Below are positions 12,566 through 23,600 of a stretch of DNA of 64,000 nt, piece after piece. Position numbers and translations under genes: made by a program. The notes beneath the pieces are model-generated. The model was not told the origin of the DNA, ran no database searches, and worked only from the letters and a program-made list of their open reading frames with translations. The stretch comes from Penicillus capitatus (taxonomy: Eukaryota > Plantae > Chlorophyta): the NCBI GenBank assembly GCA_965649825.1, contig OZ287699.1, positions 1,208,477 through 1,272,476 on the forward strand, read 5' to 3'. Numbering within the stretch: position 1 is the first letter of the stretch; each line of letters starts with the position of its first letter.

Positions 12566-14842
12566 TCAAAAAGAAAGAACGCGATCGGACCAATCATTGG
12601 CTAACTTAAAAGACAAACGCGGCAGTTCCGTTAAGGCTTCGGAGACAATCTGTTGTGGATTGATGTCGTCGCCAATGATCTGTAATGGTCACACAATACA
12701 TTACTCTTTTTTCGCGATGTTCTGCGACAGTACCTCCATAAGACTGTTGATTTCTTCCAGATGCAGGCGGTCGTCTTCTGTAAAGGCTTCGATAATTTGA
12801 CGACGAATTCCGCCGTCTAGAATGAGTAAACGCAGGGCGTCTTTGACTGTATCATTCAAATTGAGTGCCATGCCACCCGATCCGTCTTTGGCCAAGGTGA
12901 TCAGATTCTCCAATCGCTTCCACTGGAATTTCCCATCCTGTGCAAAGAAAGAGAGATCGAAGGAGTGTTGGATGCCGTGCAGAGAGCTGACTTGAAACAG
13001 AACCTGAACGAGACGTTCCCTCAGAGCCGGATCTTCATCCGTGAGCAATCTCCTGGCGACATAAGGATAAGCCACTTCCAGGAAATGGAAACTGGGATCC
13101 AGCGTTAAACAAATGCCCTCTTGTGTCAGCAAGGATCTGAGAAACAGAACTTCTCACTCTTATCACACTCTTTGGCATATGTCTCACCGAATGACCAGAC
13201 TGTATCGCTCAGGAATACGAATGGGATACTGATAGACGAGTTCATTGAATCGACTTGTGACTGTTCTAAAATTGAACACTGCCATGCTCTGCCCCAAAGA
13301 ATCTTTCCAAATCTTCTCCAGCGCTGGAATAATGGGAGTAGTATCTGTTCCAGCGGCCAAGAATCCTAAACACCCACGTGTTCTGTTTGCATTCACATGG
13401 GCGCAAAACAGACCAAGTTTAATAAAATCTTCTGCCATGTTTGCGTAGTCTTCATTAACTGCATGGACGACAGCATCGACCAGCACTTGCTTGTTGTTCT
13501 GACTCAGCTGAGCCACATTGCCAAAATCGACATAGGCAATCCTCCCGTCCTCCAGTGCAAAGATATTGCCTGGATGTGGATCTCCATGAAAGAGACCGAA
13601 CTCCAACAGCTGTCGAAGACCCGATCGCACTCCACATTTGACAAACTCGGGGACGTGGATGCTATTCCGAATGCGTTCCGGATCGGTGCAACGAATGCCA
13701 TCGATCCATTCCATAACCAGCAGACGTCTGTTGGAGAGATCTGGCCGAACCCAAGGGATCTTGACCAATGGATCCTCTTCAAAGTTCTTGCCAAATTCAA
13801 TAATGTTTCGTGCTTCCTGAAGATAGTCCAGCTCTTCCAGCAACTTCTCACCGAATTCGTCCACGATCAATTGAGCGCTGCATCCCAATCGTTCCTGTGA
13901 GATCTTGTCGAAAAGCAGCGCCAGTACTCGGAAGAGATACAGATCCCTGGGAGCATAGAAAGAGTGTTGGAGGATAGAGATCTTTGGTGATGTGACAGGA
14001 CGTGAAAATGATCGGTTCGATGCCTGGTCTCTGAACTTTGATGGCCACTTCAACTCCGCTTCCCCTCAGCTTCGCTCGATACACCTGACCTGCAGCACCT
14101 CCATTGAACATCTGCTGTGACGAGTTGCCTCCTCTACCCAGAGAAGCAGCAGCGACGGGTCGCTCCGAGATGTAGCTAAAGACTTGTTCCAATGGCTTGT
14201 CCAATTCCTCCTCGATGATCCTCATGGCCTAGACGTTACGAAATCACCTTTATTTGTCAGTCCATGATGTGACAGCACTTCATCATCCGAAAAGGGAGGC
14301 ACGTCGTCTTGCAAAGTACAAAGCTCGTTCATAAAGTCCTCGCGAACAATATCGGGTCGGTTGGCCAACACCTGACCCGCTTTGATAAATGACGGGCCCA
14401 GTCGCGTCAGCAATTCTCTGAGCTGTGCTGCTCGGCCTTTGACACGCGATGTGGTCAAGGCATCATTACTGAGGTACTCATCTGCCTTGAGGCAGACCCA
14501 GAAGTAACCAAACTCGGCAATCATTTTTACGCCTCGGCAGAAGACACGCAGAGCGTCGCCCGGAGATTTGAGCACTTCATTCTGTATGAGCTGCGGTGTA
14601 TAAGGACTGGCAATATTACAAACGCCTCGTTCTAATTCAAACTGCGTCCACGCTCCATCTCCATCATCGAAACTGCCAGACAGACAAGGCGATAAGAACG
14701 ACGCGCACCAGTTCGTCTCGTCTCACTTCCGAGCATGGATCGCCGTTATCCTGCGAGACCAGGAGTTTCGTTGCGGTGCGGTACGAAACCACGAGCGCGC
14801 AGAAGGGACGAAGGATTGATGACAGATCAAGGACGATTTCAT
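12566..14842 (-). CDS. ABC1K1: Plastid ABC1 atypical kinase 1 (ABC1K1/PGR6 type); spliced
   Basis: ELERGVC, LIVDEFGEKLLEELDY, MEWIDGIRCTD, LRQLLEFGLFHGDPHPGN, YPYVARRLLTD. Intron GTGAGA..GGCAG joins transit-peptide exon MKSSLICHQSF (ATG 14842). Last exon ends NDWSDRVLSF-TGA. Confidence 0.9.
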
Positions 14843-15959
14843 TGAGGATCGCTGTTGTCCTGAAAGAGAGTCAAGAACGCTTCTTCCGTTGTGGTGAAGA
14901 GCACGCGCAACTGGTGGTCGCTGTGTCGTACACCTTTTCGTTGCATCCAAGTATAGCGTTTGCGAATGATGTCTCCATGCAACAGAACATCGAGAGATTT
15001 CACAATGTCACTGCGGCTCCTGCTCATGCGGTCGTTCAGAATCCTGGAGAACGCGATTGAATGGATGAAGTGAAGAAAGGACATGCATACCACAGCAGCT
15101 GCGTGAGGTGCTGAGGTGACAGGCAGAGGAGACGTGGGTAACGCATCGCGTCCTCTGCCAAAGCTGCTTTGGACACTTTGAGGAAGGACATGAAGATCTG
15201 CAGCGTCTTTTGGATCTGTGCGGGAGGAGTGATGAGCATCTCTGGGCAATGGAGGATGAGATGATGCACCAGGGCATCGCTCGGAATGAGGAACTGTCGA
15301 AGACATCGGACAACGGGCCACAGATTCTCGTCCGCCTCCACATAGAGTACTCTTGGCCATTTCTGGATCAAGGCTTGGATATGGACAGGTGGAATCTCGA
15401 GATCGAACAAGAGAGCCTCGAGCATCGGAGATGCTCTTACGCAGTACTTTGGCCGCAGCAGCTCTCCGTGTCCTTGTATCAGCGATTTTATTTGTTCATT
15501 GGAGAAGCTGAGTTGAAGCTGGAGAAGCTGTTTGAGGCGTCGGATGTCTTCAGACTTCGCTTCGATGCTACAGGGATGCTCCAGAAGGAGATCTCGAACG
15601 TCGTTCTTGGACATCCCGACTTCGTCCATTAAAGACCGCAACATATCTCGGACGCAGCGAAGGGGCTGCGCAAGGAATGGATGAAATTTCCCGACCACCT
15701 TTTTCGCGTCGCTTAACGTGATGCCATACTCTGACAGCACTGCCAGGCGCCGCTCGATATGTGGCCGATCGCGTTCGCGATAGAGTCGCAGTCCTTTGCG
15801 GCGCAAGTTCTCGTCGAAGAACTGCAGATATTCTTTATGCGTGAAACCTCCACCTTCGGAGATCCATCGACGCAGAAGGGGAGGGTGTTTGATCCAGTGA
15901 CGACCCAAGAGGCGGAAGTGGTGCATGATGCGACGGGCCATCACGATGTCTGGACGCAT
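14839..15959 (-). CDS. mTERF-family organellar nucleic-acid-binding protein; one intron (start 15959, 15941 or 15926)
   Basis: Repeated helical units ending in xPxxL (KFHPFL, EHPCSI, KWPRVL, HCPEML, RYPRLL). A 47-nt intron joins the last exon, ending TEEAFLTLFQDNSDPQ-TGA. Confidence 0.75.
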
Positions 15960-16819
15960 GGCCTGTTCGACACGCTTTTCGGCGTTTCTCAAGACGAAGC
16001 CGCGTTTGATATTGGGATCGTATTCAGCATCGCGGCGTTGTGTTATGGAGGAGATGGGACGTGAATACGGTTTTGCGTTCGAGGTATCCCGGATCTCACT
16101 CTTTCACACTTTTTCAGGGAGAACGGTTGATCAGATGGCGGCAGCGGGGATTGATGAAAAGAGCATACGGCGTGAAGACCCTGAACAGCTTGTCGTGACG
16201 TTGGGTTACGAGAAGGCACGTGCACTCCTGCAGCAAAATGCCGAATCGTGGCGTGGTGCCCAGACCTACCTCATTACAGGAGATCAAGTGTGCGATGCTG
16301 TATGTTTGCGCGAGATGATGCAGTCTGGATCCTTGCAGGTGGTTGTCCATGACGGCCGGATATTGGAAAAGCCTGAAAGCGCCGAAGAGATTCGCCAAAA
16401 CGTCTGCAAATTTGCAGAACGGCCAGCAAAGACAGGTAAGACAAGAGTGAGATGATCTAAAACGTTCGCAAAAGTGTGACTGTGCGCAGTGGGCTCTATT
16501 GTCTGCACACATATACCGTCTGGAGAGCAGCAGCACAAAATTGACATGGCAACGATCTACATGGATCCAATACCAGAGAGCACCGTAGAGCAACTGATCG
16601 CAGAAGGCGCCGTTTTTGCTTCTGCCGGTACAGTCGTATTGTTTGAGTGAGAAAAAGTGTGCGAGCTTAGGTGGATTGTTGGCGGAACATCCACTGGTGT
16701 CTCCCTACGTGACACAGATCGATGGTGGATTGGATGCTGTTATGGGCCTGTCAAAAATGACAGTCATGACACTCTTGGTACAGATGTGGCAAAGCACCGA
16801 TTCTTTTGCTTCTCCCTAA
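15958..16819 (+). CDS. Maf-like nucleoside triphosphate pyrophosphatase; spliced (start between 15925 and 15958)
   Basis: RLILGSYSASRR, GIDEKSIR, LITGDQVVVHDGRILEKP, GGLLAEHPLV, DAVMGLSK. Confidence 0.85.
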
Positions 16820-17000
16820 AAGATTTTTTGCGACGGGAAGCTGTGGACGTAAACGTGACGGTTAAAGATCTGCTTTCATCTCTCGTTCTCTGCTGCAACT
16901 GTTGGCAACAGTTGGATGTAAATAAGAGAAGGGTAGTTGGCCAAAATGATGCCGTTTGAAGGTTGGGTGCTGGATGAGACGACACAGGGTGGACAGTTTC

Positions 17001-17634
17001 TCACGAGTTAGATCGTCTCTTACGTCCAAAGAGAATCTCGTTTGTGCCTTGACCTTTCCTACAGTGCCATTCGCATCTCACACTCTTTTCACATCGTCCA
17101 TCGAAGCACACCTTTTATACGTCTTCCCGCTAGCCTCATAAGCTGGACATGGACGATAGACCTAAAGAAGGTTTCGAAACTTGAGAAGGATGCTCTCTTG
17201 GCAGACCTTAATGGGCCACCACTCAAAACCGACCAAGGCGCCGACACCACCTGCGATGCGCCCCTCCCTATCGCATCTGAATTCAACAGAGGCTGTTATC
17301 GATCAGAGAAGATAAAGGACTCTACCCTCTCGGTGCATCGGCCATTGGGACGCCACATCCAGAACAAACGTCCTCTGCCGTTTGCGTTTCTTTTACCTGC
17401 TCCTCTTCGCTCTAAATCTCGACAGATGCTTTGTATATTACACTTTTCTCACTCTATGTCTTTCTCAACCTCTGCTGATGCGTGACAGACACCGGAAACG
17501 AGGAATCTCTTTTCTGTCGGGAACTGCCTCGCCGCTAGGATCGATCGTACAGTGGCCGGGCGTGTGGATCCATGTCCCGCTAGCGATCGGAGGGGCGTTG
17601 CAGGAGAAGTCACTTGTAGCGAACTGTACGGCAT
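17001..17634 (-). CDS. Small conserved Cys-containing protein, probably plastid-targeted; spliced; not recovered whole by the ORF track
   Basis: Manual splicing gives CSGCG..GCDRGGRIAGGVGALVGFEWWPIKVYRPCP..RKGQGTNEILFG after a Ser/Arg-rich N-terminus. Resembles a green-lineage thylakoid protein family (from memory, not searched). Confidence 0.6.
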
Positions 17635-17644
17635 TTTATGAACC

Positions 17645-20600
17645 ATGTTTGAAGCGCAAGCGCTCTATTATCTAAAGAAGTACCTCGGCAGATATGTCGA
17701 AGGCGTGGACGAGCATTCGCTGTCCATCTCTGTATGGCAGGGCAACGTCGTTCTGACGAATCTGCGTTTTCGACCCGATGCATTGGCGGAGCTCGAGCTG
17801 CCCATCACTGTCGAGGCTGGATTACTGGGAACATTGAAATTGACGGTAGAGATGCTCAACTCATGCGCCCTTCTCGATCGAATGAACAACTAACAGGCAT
17901 TCTCTTTCCCTTAGGTCCCTTGGTCGAGACTGGGTGCCGAACCCATTGTGGTCGAAATCGACAAAGTGTATCTGCTTGCGAAGTCCTGTGATGAATACTC
18001 AGGGCATTTCACCGAACAAGTGATGATCTCTCGAAATCATCCAGTGATCTTCGAGACATTCACTCCTGTTGTTACAGGGATATGGCTTGGCGTTGCAGAA
18101 AATGCTAAACGCTGCAGAAGAATGGAAACGAAAACGGGTGCAAGATGCAGAGTGGAAATGGATGCAGGTCTGGTTCCGTGATGTGACGTTTGAGTGAGAG
18201 GATGGTGTGAACAGAGTTTGGACGGTACGGCAGGAAGGACAGAGAACGAGAAAGAGGCAGAGAGCGGTGGCTTTTTCTATAACTACATGCAAACGATTTT
18301 GGCAAATCTTGAAATCAAGATCACGAACGTGCACATTCGATATGAGGTGTGCGAGAAATGTGTGACCTTTTAGCAAGTGTGAGATTGGCCTAGGATGCAA
18401 CGACCACTGTCGGACAAAAATTCAGCTTCGGATGTCACCTCTCTGAACTCAGTGCACACACAGTGGACAGCCAAGGCTACCGAACATTCGTTTCGGGCAA
18501 AAATTTGAAGAAAATCTTGAAATCTGCGAACCTCAAAGGATTCTCACTCTATTTCGATCCCAACGGAGACCCGTGGTCCATTTCAAAACAGTGGAAGAAA
18601 ATGTCTCCAGAAGAGTGGGATGCGCATTTCTTAATGCCTGTTCAGAAAAGTACTGAGAAAACGCAGGGCGAATCGACGACATCTGTCCCTTTTCTCCTCA
18701 GACCTGTCAACGGTCACCTCAAGTCAACCGTCTACGATAAAAGTGTGAGAATGTGTGACTGTACTGTTCTGGTCAGGTATCATCAGAATCGCCATGTGAA
18801 CGGACACGTCTGGCCGGAGACGGAACCGACCAGATTGATCGAAGTATCTCTCAGAGATGTCGACCTCGTTCTCTCCCAACGCCAGTACGAACACACACAG
18901 AATCTCCTCGCAGCCATCAATCTCTTCCAAGTACCCCATTCCCATGCTTCAACTAAAGAGGCATTGGCGGGGATGCCTTAGAGACGGTTGCCTCATCGGG
19001 AGCTGCGTCCTCCCTGTCGCCCGAATGAGGCCTACTCTGCACGTCTTTGGTGGATGTATGCCTATCTTGCTGTCAAACGGCGCTATAAGATTTCTTCTCC
19101 ACTAACCTTTACCAAGATCCGACAGATCGCCGAGATCCGCCGAGAGTACATCCCAATGTACATGGCCTTTCTACGAGTAACCCATTCCGTTTACCAGTGC
19201 CATGGGTGATCTGAGGTGTTTCTCTAGGATAAGAATGAGACACCGAATCCACGGATCACTGAGCTTGAGCGCCATTTAACAGAGCAGACCATTCTGATCT
19301 TCCGAAAGATGGCACATCTCCGCATCGAACGATCGAAGAAGGCAGCTGTCACATCCGTCTCGCCGTCGAACGCCAAAACGCAATCGACATGGGAGTCTTG
19401 GTCTTCATGGTTTTGGGGCACTCCATCGGACAGTACATCACATGAAGATGTGACAGCTGATGAGACGGAAGCTAGAGGCTTCGCCGATGAAGACTGGGAG
19501 AAACTGACATCCGTCGTCGAGATCGAAGAAGAGGAGGCCGTTGCAGACACGCCGCACACCATAAAGCTCCTCTTCGCTTTCCGCCTGCAATCTGGTTCAC
19601 TCTCTCTTCTGGACGGAGAGAACGTGTCCTTTATGCACGGAAATCTCTCAGACACACGCATGGCTTACACCCTCTTCCCCAAAACGCAGTCCTTCAGCTT
19701 CGAAGTGTCGCAATCGGTGCTGTCCTGTCCAGATGGGGTACTGATGACAACGGTCCATCAATCTGGCAACAGTCCATCAGCAGTGGCCTTTGAGTATACG
19801 CTATTGCCTCAAGATACGACAGTGGCTGCTCGTCTCAAGCTCAGGACATCCTCAACTTACGCCACGTTTCGCCCGGAGCCTTTCGTGGCACTGAAGAGAT
19901 TTTTGACGCCTGCAGACAAAGTGGACGTCTCTGTTCTCGAAGCGCAGGCTGTTGCGCACATTCGAAAGGTGTATGGTAGTAGATGGGCTAGAATCGTGAT
20001 ACCATGGTGCTGACGGTGTAGGCACGGGATCTGGCAGAACAGCAGATTCGGACATCCAACGAGACGTACGATATCCAGATCCAATTCGATGCGCCCAAGT
20101 TTGCCATTCCATCCGTCCCTGCATCCACCTCCAACAGTCACATCATTCGATCTGTCTTTCCAGCTGATTGACCCAGACTTATGCCTGTAGATTCGACACT
20201 TGTGGTCGATTTTGGAACGTTCTATTTGAATTCGGCTCTGGAGAGTGAAAGCAAAGGTGGACAGTTATTCAAACTGGGTGTGAGTGAGGTGACCACATAT
20301 CTCGTGAATGAGCACTTCGCATGGTCCATGGTGGATGGCTCATTTGACGACGGTATGGCTCCGTTGTCCACAACAACGGACGGGGATCCACAGATTTTGC
20401 CGATTTTGGATCGTATGGGCTTCGATGTCGATGTGCAGTTCCACAATCTGCCAGGGTCCTGCCTTCCATACCGTTGCCCGTACCATAGGATGATGATGGT
20501 GTAGATCTGCTCCGAAGCTGCATGTGACGGGTGGCATTTCTCGGATTCGTTTTCATCTCTCTCCTTCCCGTTATCAAGCTGTCATGGCGATGGTCACATC

Positions 20601-23600
20601 AAGCATCTCTGCCTTCTATGAGACGGAATCGCCATCGACTGAGATGGGGGATTCAGATGTAGATTTCGCAGGCACGATTTGGGTGTTGATATGGGAAGGA
20701 TTGGGAAATCGCATTCCAAAATGGAAAAAGTGCCGTGGCCGTATCAGCAGTGGATATCTATATGTGGAGAATTCAAAGAACGAGATCCTTCGATGGATCC
20801 GATTGGACGATGGCATCGAGATTCGACGCATCGCTGAACAGTGGGTCTTTGGCAAGAAACACGTCCTAGCTTTGACACCGCATCACATCCCTCTGAAGAA
20901 AGTGGCAGAAACGGCAGAGGCATTGGTGTTCAGACTGGAGAATACTTCGTTGTTTCTCCAGTGGCTCGAGAAACTCAGAGCCGCACAGAGGGAGATCTTG
21001 CAATTGACACAGACGGATGCACACGGTAATGCTGACCATGCCCAATACCCTCTCACTTGTGCAAATAGATGCCTTACTGGATACTGTCAATGGCGAAGAT
21101 GGATCACCGAAGGAAGGAGATACAGGTAAGGCACTCTATTTGTTTCCCCATTGCTGAGGGCGCCGTGTTGAAGAGCCTGGATTTCGGCTTCTGATCGATG
21201 CCAAAGTGCCAGACGTTTCTGTGTTTCTGTATGGTCGGCCTCCAGAGTATCGACATCTTTCCCCTGATACACACGGTTCGTTCGCTCTTTCTGGTATTCA
21301 GGGAGATGGATACATGCGTGCTCTGCCTTGACAGAGACGGCTATGCCGTTTAGGGAGCTGACATTGATTACAATAGGAAAGGAAGTGCCTCTAGCGCTTT
21401 CGAAGCAAGAGGAATCCAGCATTTCTCTAAGCCTGAGCCCTTCAGAAGGTCTGGCCATGGATATCGGCGTTTCCCGTTACACCATCGAAGATCTACTCTT
21501 CTATCAAATGACACAAAAATCAAGCTTCCTTGCCACATCCACTTGTACGTCCTTCTGCACACATCGGGCACTGCATTTCGTCATTCTTTGTGTGAGCTAG
21601 GTCCATTGGGGGACACAGATGCTGAGAACAAGGAATACGTCAGAATCGGATTCCGCAGTCGTGGCCAAGACGATAGCCGTCAAGACAATGCAGATAACGA
21701 ATTGACATTGTTCTTCAATGACATCCAACTGAACTGCCATCGAGCCACGATCGCATCTCTCATTGCTATGACGTCCGACATCATCTACTGCGAATACGAC
21801 GCTTCCACCGAACCGCAAGGAATGGACACATCTGCAGTAGATACGCCATGTCTGTTTTCGACCGTCACGGTCGGTGTTGTATAGGGGATGGATCAAGAAT
21901 GCACAGGAGATGAGGAGGCATTGACAGGGATGCCTTCCGCATCGAATCTGAGTTCCATCCCAGAGTTCAAGTCCATCAACAACACAATTTTCCGCCTGAA
22001 GATCTCGGCGTCCAATACCTTGTTGGCACTGTGTTACGAAGATGATGATTATCAAAAGCTGCTTTCTTCGGCCCAGTTCAAAAACTTCGTCCTGGATGTC
22101 AACGTGCGAATGCTAGACATTGTGACGCACTCATCCCTTGGTGCGTGCGACGCACAGATCCCTTTGCAGAATGGATGGCGTGATGGTGTGCCCAGGGAAT
22201 GCACTGATCTACAATGAGACATTGCCAAGGGATCATGGACTGCGACAGATCTGTGGATTGAAAGTCGCAGAAGGCTCTTCATTGATCACGGCGACCTTTC
22301 AGTCGCACGAGAAGACAGATTCCTATATCCAGGATCGTGTGCCTGCAGGGTGTCCTTTCTATTCTCTCCGTGCAGATCTGTCAGAGGTGCAGTTGGTGTA
22401 CTTCCAGAAATTCGTGGACGAGTTCGTGGACTATATCTTCGGTGGCGGCGCCTGATCTTGATTGACAGAAATGCATGACTGCTGTTGTGTCTGTAGTTTT
22501 GACTGGGATGATTCCGCAGCTCTCTTATACTCAACAGGAAACCAGCGTTTCCGATATAGCGACATCTGCATTGAAGGCGGCGGGCGTGGACAGTCTGATG
22601 TACGACAGCGACCTGCCGCCGATTGTCTTATTAGACATCGATCTGAATGCGCCACTAGGCCTTCTTCCTCAAAGCTCTGAGCACTCGGACTATCTAATGG
22701 CAGATCTTGCCAAAGCCAGAGTATGTCTAAGGACCCATCCCTCCTTTCTTATCTACACTGGCATGGCGACAGGTGTCGAATGCGTATGAATGGTGTGATG
22801 ATGGGACAGCTCTTGTTCAGCTGATCAAAGTTCAGCTGATCCGTGTGTCTATGTTGGTGTCCAGAGGAGGAGTGGAAGGATGCAACATGCTACAAGAGAC
22901 AGATGAAGAAGTGGAGATCCTTGTCCAGACGATCGCAAAGAACGGAACCCGTACACTGCCCTACCTTCTCGTCGATATCAACATTCCCAAGCTCCATGGA
23001 ACGCTGACAGATAGAGTAAATCTCTGCGATCTGTGGGCAGTAGACTGATGTGTGACTTGACAGGAGTTTGAGCTGATCGTGGCGTGTTTCAATGATAATC
23101 TGATGGAAGTCCCCTCTCTTCCACCCAAGGCAGCAGACATTTCGGAACTCGTCTATCCACAGATCATTCAAACACAAGGTCACATCTGTCACATCATTGG
23201 CAGTGGACGATGGATCGAATACGAGGTGCTTTGATCTAGACATGACAGCCCCTGGCTCAATTTCCGAATCTTCTGGCAAGATCACCAATGTACGTGTGGC
23301 AGATGCCTGTCTGAAATTGCAGACGATGAAGCAGGTAGACATATCTTCTGTCTGGACAGTCTCTGGTGATCTGTCAGTAGTGTGGGACGGGCTCTCTGCC
23401 TCTGTGCTCCGTAAACAGTACGGACTTCTTCTGTTCTTACAAGTCCGACATCAAGAGCCGCGTGTACGTGGACATTCCTGTTCTTCACATCATCGACGTG
23501 CGTTCCAACTCCAAAATCCAGTACAGGAATGTCTTTCACTCCGGACGCAGGACAACATCCACTGGTGCATTGTATGACGCACCTGTCACATCACGATCTC

